Assembly (NCBI GenBank): GCA_964016885.1
Contig: OZ024740.1
Coordinates: 324,508,001 to 324,572,000 of the forward strand
Reading direction: 5' to 3'
Length of the DNA stretch: 64,000 nucleotides
DNA from: Eledone cirrhosa
Lineage: Eukaryota
Position 1 is the stretch's first letter; every line of letters starts with the position of its first letter. This document shows positions 28,439 through 42,494 of this stretch, piece by piece. Made by a program: the position numbers and the translations under genes. The notes below the pieces were generated by a model. It was not told where the DNA came from. It worked only from the letters and a program-made list of their open reading frames with translations, and did no database searches.

Positions 28439-29335
28439 TTAGGTTGAACAGATTGTGGTCACCGTTTTGCAAATTTTTATTGATTTTGGCGGTTTTTAAC
28501 TTCAGGAAAATTTAGCAAGTCAAAATATTCGCCATATTACTTTCTGCCATTGTTTAGGAAGGCACATGATTTCATCCCTGTAGAAATCTTTTGGCTTCTA
28601 TGCAAAGAACTCTTTCAACCACTGATTCAACTGGTTTTCATTGGCGAAGGTCTTTGACTGTATTGCATTGTTAATTGAGAGGAAAATGCGTTAGTCTGTA
28701 TGCGCGAGATCAGGCGAATACGTTGGGTGGTGCAGAACCACCCGTCCAAGCTCCAGCAATTTCTTACGGGTTAACCTTGAGGTATGCGGCCGAGCATTAT
28801 CATGAAGGAATAGAATAGGAACATGGTGTGAGCGCATCGGTACAAATTTCACTGCTAATCTGTCAAGTTGTTGGTGATAGACAAAAGAGGTTATGCTGGT
28901 GTTCAGTGGGAGCAGTTCATAGTGAATGACACCTTTCCAGTCCCACCAAACGCTCAGTAGGGCTCTACAATGATAAGAGGCCAGCATTTACTTGCAGTTG
29001 TAGTGCACTCTTTTTATCAAGCCACTATCGCTTGCCCTTGCCATTAATGTAAAGACACTATTGTCCATCACTGGTGACAAGGAAACGTATCCAGTTGGTT
29101 GTGCGATAGTGGGATAGCAGAGAGGTCGCCGCTACCACATAACATTGATGATCACGCTCAGTCAGATTGTGGGGGCACCCATTGGTCCCACTTGGAGACC
29201 TTCCCTAATGCATATGCAAGTGATTGAAGATGGTTGTTTTCAATGTCTCAAGCACTTCGGAGAGTCAACGGGCAAACAACAGTTCACAAGATATGTTTCA
29301 TCCGAATATCAAAGCAATAATTCCAGTTAGTTACT
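28439..29335 (-). pseudogene. Degenerate mariner transposon (DD34D transposase fragment)
   Basis: 28691-28987 (-) encodes VWWDWKGVIHYELL..FLHDNARPH..HPTYSPDLAHTD; TIR-like ttaggttg end near 28439; stops and frameshifts. Confidence 0.9.
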
Positions 29336-29340
29336 AAAAT

Positions 29341-29457
<117 letters not shown>

Positions 29458-29466
29458 ATATATAAA

Positions 29467-29550
<84 letters not shown>

Positions 29551-29553
<3 letters not shown>

Positions 29554-30221
29554 CAAGGTTTAGCAAATAAGAAAAAGTTTCAAAATAAATTTTAAAAAAT
29601 TAACTTTACTTACTATGGTTACCTTTACCGAATCGGTTTAGAGTCTCAAAAATAAACGGAGTCCATACGGCATTCGTAATATTCTCGAGTTCAAATAACG
29701 TGTGCCCTTAGCGCCTTGTGCGTGTAGGAACATATACTCTATTATTACTATTCTCCTCTTGGTTGAGAAAAAAATTTGGTCGCTCTGATTGCTGCTAGTT
29801 ATATCTGGAGCCGATTGACCTCCCTGCCTCTGCCTCTATCTTTACACACGGCACTTGAAAGAATTGATTCCACTTCATTTTCTCTCATCTCAGGAACAAT
29901 TTTGAATAGCGCCAGTTCGTAATTTGAACTCGGGAATTTTATATTCTCCGAGTGAAAAGATCCTTCTGACGAGAGTTTATCTTTGCAACGGATGCCGTAT
30001 GGACTCCGTTTATTTTTGAGACTCGAAACCGATTCGGTAAAAGTAAGTAAAGTTAATTTTTTAAAATTTATTTTGAAACTTTTTCTTATTTGCTAAACCT
30101 TGATTATATATGTTCTGGCTCGTTAATTTATTAACCTGCCATTGAACCACATTGGCATATGGTTGGACAATACATCTGTCCCTTAGCGCCTTGTGCGTGT
30201 AGGAACATATACTCTATTATT
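29551..30221 (+). mobile_element. Family F fold-back element with canonical hammerhead (29962-30043)
   Basis: cctt CTGACGA gagttt..agactc GAAA ccg att cgg TA aa(g)g; arms 29551-29677/29988-30106; direct repeat at ~29704 and ~30178. Confidence 0.85.
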
Positions 30222-30241
30222 ATATATACACACACACACAC

Positions 30242-30378
<137 letters not shown>

Positions 30379-30383
30379 ATTCT

Positions 30384-30411
<28 letters not shown>

Positions 30412-30414
<3 letters not shown>

Positions 30415-30568
30415 GTAATCTGAGGTTTTCAAATATTAATAATAATATTTGATTCATTTGCAATTGTGCAAACAAGCCTCCTGACATGGCTTTAAAAATG
30501 AGGCTTGTTTGCATAATTTCAAATGAATCGAATATTATTATTAATATTCAAAAAACTCAGATTACATT
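30412..30568. repeat. ~70-bp-arm hairpin element in (TA)n
   Basis: aatgtaatctgagg..caaacaagcctc / gaggcttgtttg..ctcagattacatt. Confidence 0.85.
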
Positions 30569-30592
30569 TATTGTATTCAGCCACTGAGCGAA

Positions 30593-30702
<110 letters not shown>

Positions 30703-30998
30703 ATAATAATTGTTTCTACTTTTGGCACAAGGCCATCAAATACCCAGTACATTACTGGTACTTTATTTTATATATAGTAATAATAATAATAATAACAATA
30801 ATAATAATAAATTTAAAGACTAAAATCCAAAGAGGGCTCGATGAGGATAAATATATATCAAATATATAAGAACCCTAGAGCAAATATTTATTAAAATAAC
30901 AGATTAAAGTTTAAGCAAAGAATCGCTGCTTTCACCCTATATATATATATATTAGTTCTCGGTATGGTGAACTAACTGTTACTACTTATATATCTATA

Positions 30999-32215
<1,217 letters not shown>

Positions 32216-32499
32216 CAAATAGATAGATGGAAAACTTAGATTTTAAATCATTTTCAAATAAAAATGAATTAAAAAGTCATTTTTCCATCTATATATTTCA
32301 TTATATTTGCTCTGTGTTTATGTCTGCCTTTCCAACTTTTTCTGCCTAATCTACTTTCTCTTCAGACTAATAACATATAAACACATCTAGCTAATTCTGA
32401 AACTACTTAGCAATTATATATTATGATATATAATTGTCTACATACATTTGAGCTTTGTATATATATTTTTACCTTTACTCACACACACAGACCCCCCCT

Positions 32500-32552
<53 letters not shown>

Positions 32553-33157
32553 TTGTTTATTTTTTATATGAATATTGATTGTTTGTTCTTGTATCTCATT
32601 CTGTTATTTTGCCCGAGAAAATATCTATATGTGTCATTAAGCGAAGCGCACATATGGTTATTTTTTCATATCCAATTGAGTTCTAGCACGTGGCTTGAAT
32701 TCTTATCGGAATTCAACTACCTGCGCATGTATTGTTTTGGCGGTAGTCTCCTTCGTCCTATTTTCGAGACAGTGTGAGATTTTCTTCAGAACTGCTGGAC
32801 TAACAACCTAGCAGCTCCCTCTAGCACTAATGCTGATTATCGCTAAATATTGATGTGATTTGGTTATCAATATTAATATTTATAAGAGCCCACTTGTATA
32901 AGTATCTGTTGATCTTATACAAGCTTCTACATAATTTGGTATAATTTCACCCAACTTGTAGAAATCTTATAATGAAACGAGTCGTCTGGGAAGTGATATA
33001 TTTGATATATCTCATATGAAATGATACAGCCAATTCTCCACACAATATAATATAGTTAGCACCCCGAAAATTTAATTAGGAATATACTCAGATATTTCCT
33101 AATATTTGTTGAGTGAGTTGGAATTTGGCCGGAGTATCGCTATTAGCTTTCTTCGTT

Positions 33158-33209
<52 letters not shown>

Positions 33210-33211
<2 letters not shown>

Positions 33212-33490
33212 GTGTAAAGTCAGTCTTAAGCCACAAGGCTCATTAGGCCGGTGCTTATCCCGGTTTCATGGCGTGAAGTAACTGAGAGTACGAGACTACC
33301 CTCTGGACAGGACGCCAGTCCATCGCAGGGTTAAACCCCAAGCTATTTGCAGGTACTCATTTTCAGCTGAGTATACTGGAGCAACCTGAAATGAAGTGTT
33401 TTGCTCAAGAACACAACACGCAACCCAGGAATCGAACTCACGACATTATGATCGTAAGTACTACACCTTACCACTAGGCCACGTACCTCC
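33210..33490 (-). mobile_element. Second tRNA-derived SINE family (decayed copies near 40590-40712, 41490-41578, 59585-59705)
   Basis: Minus strand begins gtggcctagtggtaag..gagttcgattcctgg..gtgttcttgagcaaaacactt (A box, B box, core). Confidence 0.8.
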
Positions 33491-33569
33491 ATATATATAT
33501 TAGTTTGGTCTCCTGATGGAGCCGTAGTGACATTCGGCGTTTCTGGGACATTTTAAGCCTGTTGGAGCC

Positions 33570-33716
33570 CATCATTCACCAAGTCTGTACACGATCCCGT
33601 AAGCATGAAAGGCAAAGCTAACTTCGGCAGGATTTGAAATCAGAACGCAAAGGGTCGTAACTCTATGACACGAAGCATGGTGCCTGATAATCTACCGATA
33701 CTGCCGAACCACCGCA
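33570..33716 (-). mobile_element. CORE-type SINE 5' fragment
   Basis: atgaaaggcaaagctaacttcggcaggatttgaa..ctaccgatactgcc. Confidence 0.75.
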
Positions 33717-34166
33717 CTAGATGTAACAAAAATAACATTATTGGATTTGGCCGCTTTTCCTTAAAACACCTAAGCAATCCCCAATGAGATGCAATCCTGT
33801 TTGAGGCCAGCTAAACCTACATAGGCGAGAGTCGTAACAACAACAACAACAAAGTAATTTAGCCAGAGATGTGAACCGTTTTGAAACGTTAATCGAAAAT
33901 TTGTCATGTGGTGGCTTTGATTCTAAATGGTAGCAGGCGAGTAGGGGTGTATTGGGGGTGTGTTGGGGTGTGCTGGGGGTGTGTTGGGGTGTGTGTTGGG
34001 ATGGTAATGGAGGTAGGTTCAGAACACAATCTATCAATCGATAGGTAATTACAATATAAACAAACCTTTTAACAGGCAGCTTTATATCAAAGATGAACGA
34101 AAAATGGGGAGAAAATAATAGACAGAAATAATGACTAGAGTATGATTGATAAAGATAGTGGGAAGC

Positions 34167-34238
<72 letters not shown>

Positions 34239-34410
34239 GAGAGAGCGAGAGAACAAACGAAGGAAAGAGACAGACGAAGGAGAGAGAGAAAGGCGGGTGG
34301 AGAAAGATAGGCAAGCGCAGAAGAGACGAAGGATATATATAAATCTATATATAGTTGAATAAATGGACAGAGATCAAAAAGCAGAGAGGCAGTACAAATG
34401 GTATGGTTTT

Positions 34411-34472
<62 letters not shown>

Positions 34473-35814
34473 TATATATAGGTATATATAGATAGATAGA
34501 TAGATAGATAGATATAGAAGTAGAGGGAGAAAGAGACACACAGAAGAGGCGAAGGAGAGGAAAGGTAAAGGGAGAGAAGCCATAGGGTGAAAAAAGAGAG
34601 AAGGAGTGTGTGTGTAATAGAGCGAAATAAAAAGAAGGGATGAAGGAAAAAAGCGAGAGAGGGAGTGAGAGAAAAAGAGACAGAGACAAAGACAGAGACT
34701 ACGAAGAAAAGAAAGAATCAGAACGGGTGAGAAAAGAGAGAGAGATGAATAAAGCCAGAGAGAGAGAGAGCGAGAGAGAGAGAAAGAGTCTATTAGACAA
34801 GGTAATTTAGTTAATAGCTAAGTAATACATCATGTATATTATATATAGAGAGATGATGGCTGTGAGTTGTTCATATTGTTCTTAGTAGATTGCCATAAAT
34901 CACAGAGCAGAGGTGGTATGGTAGTGGGTGAGGCAGGACAACAAAGAAAGAGAAAAAGAAGCTATTTAATTACATGTTATTTCCTTATTTCTGGCTCGTT
35001 GTAACATAAAGAAATACACAGTTACGCGCGCGCACATACACACACACACATACACACACGCACACACCCGCACACAAACACACACACATATATATATATA
35101 TATATTATATATATATGCATACATGTATATATACATACATGTATATATATATATATATATACACCAAAACTCACACCGATCCACAAACACGCACAGAAAC
35201 ATGCATAGAAACGCACAGAAACAGACACATAGACATAGGTGTAGATTAACCCCCCCCCCCCACGCACACACACACATCGACACATATATGCTTCCTTGAG
35301 TCCCCAACTTCTGAGGGGGGTCGTAGGGATGCCGTCGTGACATACGTCATGTTTGGTCAAAGCCCACCTGGCTCCGAGTAATAACAGATTTATGTTTAGC
35401 AAAAAATATCTAAGCCTTAACCCTTCTAAAATCCTATGGTGTCCTTGCAAAAAACGCCTAATCATTAGATATATTTAATAGGTTGACGCAGTGGGGAAAC
35501 AATAGTGTGCCAGATTAATGTACCTTGCGCCACATTCCTTTATCCCTCCCCCTTTTACTTTCTGATAACCTCTATAGGTCGTTTTTACTTTTCATCCCTC
35601 TCGAGGCGATAATATACGAACCCGAGTCAACTAATGCCCACCGCCCTAAAATGTTAGGCTCTATACCAAAGTAAGAAATCATTTAAAACATTTGATAAGA
35701 AAGTAAAGGTAACATAGCTGAGCGCTTAGTTTAGGGTTTCGTTTTATATCTATAAGTTCCGAGTTCTAATTTGACCGAAACTTTTTTTGTATTTCATTCC
35801 AGTGTGGACCGAAG

Positions 35815-37240
35815 TATTGTTTCCTTGGTCCGATCTGATTATCAGCTCTTGTCTTTTCTTCTGCCAGGAGTTGTGAATGAGAGATATAATCTTCAATGGA
35901 AAGACCAATGGAAGCATTGTTTCCTTGGTCCGATCTGATTATCACCTCTTGTCTTTTCTTCTGCCAGGAGTTGTGACTATGAGATAGAATCCTCAATGAA
36001 AAGACCAATGGAAACATTGTTTCCTTGGTCCGATCTGATTATCACCTCTTGTCTTTTCTTCTGCCAGGAGTTGTGACTAAGAGATAGAATCCTCAATGGA
36101 AAGACCAATGGAAACATTGTTTCCTTGGTCCGATCTGATTATCACCTCTTGTCTTTTCTTCTGCCAGGAGTTGTGACTAAGAGATAGAATCCTCAATGGA
36201 AAGACCAATGGAAACATTGTTTCCTTGGTCCGATCTGATTATCACCTCTTGTCTTTTCTTCTGCCAGGAGTTGTGAATGAGAGATATAATCTTCAATGGA
36301 AAGACCAATGGAAGCATTGTTTCCTTGGTCCGATCTGATTATCACCTCTTGTCTTTTCTTCTGCCAGGAGTTGTGACTAAGAGATAGAATCCTCAATGGA
36401 AAGACCAATGGAAACATTGTTTCCTTGGTCCGATCTGATTATCACCTCTTGTCTTTTCTTCTGCCAGGAGTTGTGACTAAGAGATAGAATCCTCAATGGA
36501 AAGACCAATGGAAACATTGTTTCCTTGGTCCGATCTGATTATCACCTCTTGTCTTTTCTTCTGCCAGGAGTTGTGACTAAGAAATAGAATCCTCAATGGA
36601 AAGACCAATGGAAACATTGTTTCCTTGGTCCGATCTGATTATCACCTCTTGTCTTTTCTTCTGCCAGGAGTTGTGACTAAGAGATAGAATCCTCAATGGA
36701 AAGACCAATGGAAACATTGTTTCCTTGGTCCGATCTGATTATCACCTCTTGTCTTTTCTTCTGCCAGGAGTTGTGACTAAGAGATAGAATCCTCAATGGA
36801 AAGACCAATGGAAACATTGTTTCCTTGGTCCGATCTGATTATCACCTCTTGTCTTTTCTTCTGCCAGGAGTTGTGACTAAGAGATAGAATCCTCAATGGA
36901 AAGACCAATGGAAACATTGTTTCCTTGGTCCGGTCTGATTATCACCTCTTGTCTTTTCTTCTGACAGGAGTTGTGACTAAGAGATAGAATCCTCAATAGA
37001 AAGACCAATGGAAACATTGTTTCCTTGGTCCGATCTGATTATCACCTCTTGTCTTTTCTTCTGACAGGAGTTGTGACTAAGAGATAGAATCCTCAATGGA
37101 AAGACCAATGGAAACATTGTTTCCGTGATTCGATCTGAAGATCGACTTCTTTTCCTTTTTTCCTGGCAGATAGTAAATATCCAGATAGTAAATATCCAGA
37201 TAGTAAATATCCTCAATGAAAAGACTGATGGAAACATTGT
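35815..37240. repeat. 100-bp satellite, ~14 copies
   Basis: ttccttggtccgatctgatt recurs every 100 bp from 35821 to 37021 and decays after 37120. Confidence 0.97.
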
Positions 37241-37489
37241 ATACTTGCTCCAACCTGTCAATTATTTTGTTTCCTTTCCTTATATTACACAATAGAATAT
37301 TTCTTTAACTGACTGATTACATATCTATTTCCTTTGGTCACCATCGAAGAAGGATCACACACATTTGTAGGGAAGTGATATAGTTGATGGAAACGACAAT
37401 AGTATATTATTAGTACTTATTTTATCGACCCTAGGTGGGATTAAATTAAAGGTAACACTATATATGACTCGGACCGCAGAAAATACTTA

Positions 37490-37554
<65 letters not shown>

Positions 37555-37751
37555 GTCAGTATGTCTCTCTTTCTATGTATCTATTTATGTATCTCATCTC
37601 CTTACCTACCTATCTGTCTATCTATCTATCTAATAAAATCAGCATTAGTGAAATACTGTGATTGGGTAAATAAAGTGCTATTTCCTCACCAAATTCGAGG
37701 CTTTGTGCAAAAGCTAGAAACCATTAATTATAATCATTATTAAAATAAATA

Positions 37752-38080
37752 ATAATTGTTTTGGCACAAGGCCAGCAATTATTCCAGTACATTACTGGTA
37801 CTCGATAAAATAAAGTACCAGTAATGTACTGGGATAATTGCTGGCCTTGTGCCAAAATAAATAAATGGGCGGTGGATTGGCAGTATCGGTTGAGAGTCAG
37901 ACAACATGCTTTCCAGCATAGAGTTACGGTCCTTTATGGTCTGAGTTTAAATCCCGCCGAGGTTAACTTTGCATTTCATCCTTACGAGGTCGATAAAATA
38001 AAGTACCAGTCACGCACTGGGGTCGATTTAAACAACTTTCCCCTCCCCCAAAATTGCTGACCTTGTGCCTATATAAGAAA

Positions 38081-38137
<57 letters not shown>

Positions 38138-38620
38138 TATATAGTATATATAGGTATATAGATAGATAGATAGATAGATATAGAAGTAGAGGGAGAAAGA
38201 GACACACAGAAGAGGCGAAGGAGAGGAATGGTAAAGGGATTATTAAAATAAATTTCAAAATCTATCATTGGTTAGCAGAGTCGTTAGAGCGTTGAACTAA
38301 TGGTGTGAAGTACTTGTTCCGGTTCTTTATCTTCTGAAGTTAAATCCCTCCGAGCTCAACTTTACCATTCATCCTTCATGGATTATTCGAAAAAATAAAG
38401 TATCAGTCAAGTACTAGGGTAGGTATAATTGACTTTCCATTACCAAATCTGAAACAGATTGCTAGCCTTGTGCCAATATTAGAAACCATTATTACATTAT
38501 TTTGTTCAAATCCCGCCGAGGTTAACTTTGCCTTTCATCCTTACGGGGTCGATAAAATAAAGCACCAGTAATGCACTGGGAAAATTGCTGGCCTTGTGCC
38601 TAAAGTAGAAACAACTATTA
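37752..38620 (+). mobile_element. Cluster of CORE-type SINEs (37868-38080, 38268-38490, 38503-38618) preceded by a fold-back of the SINE tail
   Basis: Same core and tail motifs; 37757-37801 is inverted against 37812-37860. Confidence 0.8.
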
Positions 38621-38649
38621 CATTATTAAATTTTCAGGTAAAAAAACGT

Positions 38650-38758
<109 letters not shown>

Positions 38759-39169
38759 TCTATTCCCTTTTCTCTAGGAATAATTTCTAATTTCGAAATA
38801 TAAAATTAAATCTCTCGTGTAAAGAAATATTCTGATTCCTGGGGCGTATTTATTTACCCAGGATGTCGATCTGAGGTAGTGACTAAACTGGTACTTGGTA
38901 TTATGGTGTCACAGTGGGGTAATCCAGCTGCTACTGTTGCTACTACTCAGGTAGAGCCCAGGACACCGTAGTGATGACAACATCACGAAAGAAATCACCA
39001 GATATTCCTTCACCTCCAACTGAGTTCTTCCAGTTATTTCCAGTTAGTCGCAAGGTGGGATTAACATCTGTAAAGACGCCGATGATGTCGGAATATCTTC
39101 TCTTATGTTCCTGTGGCTATTGTCAACGAAATATTGCACAAAGAAATATTATATTGATTAGCCTGCAGA

Positions 39170-40116
39170 CAATGGTGGTGGTGGTGGTGGTGATAGGGAT
39201 GGTGTTGGTGGTGATGGTAGTGGTGGTGGTGTTGAGGATAGGGCTGGTGTTGGTGTTGTTGTTGGTGGTGGTGTTGGTGATAGTAATGGTAATAACGATA
39301 ACAATGATGATGTTAGTGCTGGTGTTGGTGGTGGTGATGATGGTGGTGGTGGTGTTGGGGATAGGACTGGTGTTGGTGGTGGTGATGGTGGTGGTGATGG
39401 TGGTGGTGGTGGTGTTGGGGATAGGGCTGGTGTTGGTGGTGGTGATGGTGGTGGTGGTGGTGTTGGGGATAAGGCTGGTGTTGGTGGTGATGATGGTGGT
39501 GGTGGCGGTGTTGAGGATAGGGCTGGTGTTGGTGTTGTTGTTGGTGGTGGTGTTGGTGATAGTAATGGTAAGGAAGGACGATGTTAGTGCTGGTGTTGGT
39601 GGTGATAATGATGGTGATCATAGTGTTGATTGTGAAGATGGTGGTGGGGATGATAGAGGTGGTGACGATAGTGGTCATGGTAAGGATGGTGGTGATGATG
39701 ATGTGGTGGTGGTGGTGATGGTGATGATGGTGGTGGCGGCGGTGTTAGTGGCAATGCTAACAACGTAACAAAGATAATGATGTTAATAGTGTTGGTGTTT
39801 ATGATGGGGGTAAAAATGGTGGTGTTGATGGTGGGGGGTGGGGTGATGATGGTGGTTGTGGCGATGATAGTGGTGACGTTGGTTGTGATGGTGGTTGTGT
39901 GTGTGGGGGGGGGAGCAATGGTCGTTATGGTGGTGGTGGTGGTGGTGGTGGTGATGGTGGTGATGGTGGTGGTGGTTGCAGTGATAGTGAGGGTTATGAT
40001 GATGGTGATGGTGATGATGATGGTGGTGGTGGTGGTGAGGATGATGGTGGTAATGATAATGATGATAATGATGATGACGATGGTAATTATAATCGTAGTG
40101 GTGAAGATGGTGATGG

Positions 40117-40162
<46 letters not shown>

Positions 40163-40290
40163 AGAATGAGGGTGGTGGTAGTAATGATGATGATGATAAT
40201 GATGGTGATGATGGTTATGATAATGATGATGATGGTGATGGTGGTAGTACAAATAATAATGAGGATGATAATATTATGATGATATTGATG
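39170..40290. repeat. (GGT)n/(GAT)n low-complexity tract
   Basis: Seen directly. Confidence 0.95.
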
Positions 40291-40721
40291 CTGTTTTTTT
40301 CCAAGTAAAATAGTTAAAATGTGAAAGAGGTTGACTTAACCTTGGATGGCAGACTTAACTTTGGCTAAAAAGATCCTCTTCAGTCATGAATTTCCATGGG
40401 TTTTTCACCTAGAAAGTCCCCCCCCCCCCACCCACCATTCTCGAGGCACAAGCGCGGGCAAGTGGTTTTTGTGGAAGACCAGAAATCAGCCATGCATATC
40501 AATTTACTCTTTCTACGCCACCGATGTTGTCAAAGGGGATGTAAATGGTCGTTACAGCTTGGCATTAGTGACGTCGATTCTCATTGCTGCAGCTGAGTGA
40601 ACTGGACGATCGTAAAATACAGAGTTACAGAAGGACACAATGCACCGCCCTGACTAGGAATCAATGTTGCAACGTTGCCAGTCCAACACTCTAACCACCA
40701 AGCTACGCGCCTTCATTTTGG

Positions 40722-41344
40722 CTAGTAGACTTAATATTGAGTGGTAAACTTAGTCTTGGGTGGTAAACTTAATATTGGGTGGGAGACATAATCTTGGCTG
40801 ATAGACTTAATAGTGGGTAGGAGACTTTTTCTTGGGTGGGAGACATAATTTTGGGTGGTAGACTTAATATTGAGTGGTAGACTTAATCTTGGATGGTAAA
40901 CTTAATCTTGGGTGGTAGACTTAATATTGGGTTGGTAACTTGTTCTTGTGTGGGAGACTTGTTCTTGGGTGGGCAACTTAATCTTGGGTGAGAGACTTAG
41001 TCTTGGGTGGGAGACTTAATCTTGGGTGGGGAACTTAATCTTGGGTGGTAGACTTAATCTTGGGTGGTAGACTTAATATTGGGTTGGTAACTTGTTCTTG
41101 TGTGGGAGACTTGTTCTTGTGTGGGAGACTTGTTCTTGGGTGGGCAACTTAATCTTGGGTGAGAGACTTAATCTTGTGTGGGAGACTTAATCTTGGGTGA
41201 GAGACTTAATCTTGTGTGGGAGACTTAATCTTGGGTGGGAGACTTAATATTGAGTGAGAGACTTAATCTTGGGTGGGAGACTTAATCTTGGATAGGAGAC
41301 TTGTTCTTTGGTAGAAGACTTGTTCTTGGGTGGGCAACTTAATC
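40722..41344. repeat. ~20-bp minisatellite (agacttaatcttgggtgg[g/t])
   Basis: About 30 imperfect tandem copies. Confidence 0.93.
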
Positions 41345-42101
41345 AATCACTCGGTTTAGCACTATCTGCTGGCTCTTGGATGTCTTTAGTAAAGTCCATT
41401 CGATTGCAAACATTCGGACCAGGTCTCAGTTTTGAGGATATCTTCCTCCCCTCTCTCCATCTCCACCTGTGCGTGACTGGAACAACGTAAAATAAAGTAC
41501 TTTGCTCAAGGACACAACACATCACCAGGAATCGACATGACGACCTGGAGCAGAACATACTAACTACTAGGCTATGTGAGTTCTTGAAGAGATATTACAA
41601 TAGCAACTACAACAACAACGGCTACAACTACAACTACTAAACGTCCAATACAAACCGTGCCAAAACCAAACATGCAATCTGCACAAACTGCAGAAAAAAA
41701 GCCAGCATGGAAACAACTAACTCATCAAAATTGTTTTCCTCTTCCAGTCTTTTTCTGTTCTCGTCATTCTTGACAATTCTTTCACAACTCAGCTGTTTTA
41801 ATTAACTTGCTAATTATCTTTTCTTCTTCATTTCTTGAAGAATTCCAAGCTCTTTCAATACTTTCTTTGTTTCCTTCGTTTTCGATCCCTCCATTCACCC
41901 TTCCTATTTCTTCTTTTTCTTCTTTCCTTCTTCTCGATCCCTTCTTTTATCCTATTTATCCCATACGTTGTCCTTCTTAATGTTGTTGTTATTGTTGTTG
42001 TTTTTTACCCACTTCCTGATTGCTCACGACGTTTCCTTCCTTTTTGCTTTGCTTCCGTTCTTATGTCTATTTCGCTTTACTTTCCTTATTCTGGCACTAA
42101 A

Positions 42102-42189
<88 letters not shown>

Positions 42190-42494
42190 CTCTTTCTGTC
42201 TGACGTGTGGAATATCGCCGGTAAGTTTTTTGTTAATTTCTATGCAAAAAACTGATCTAATTGTTTGAAAAAATACAACACTTTGTAGATTAACCCCCAA
42301 GCTGAATTGTCAGCTGGGTGGTAATCCCATTTTTCGCCCCTGTAGGGGCGAAAATTTTATTTAAAAAAAATTTGTTTTAAAATATCAAATTTTACAAAGT
42401 AAAAAACTTGAGCAACACTAGAACGCTGGAGAACGTTAATAGAGAAAAGAGAGAGAAAGAGGCAGATATTAACGTTATATCTGCTTCTGCTGCT

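Noticed and set aside
35815-37240. CRISPR-like regular repeat
   Set aside because: Whole units repeat with no unique spacers; no cas genes; eukaryotic context
40722-41344. Telomere-like or CRISPR-like G-rich repeat
   Set aside because: ~20-bp imperfect minisatellite, not TTAGGG and without spacers
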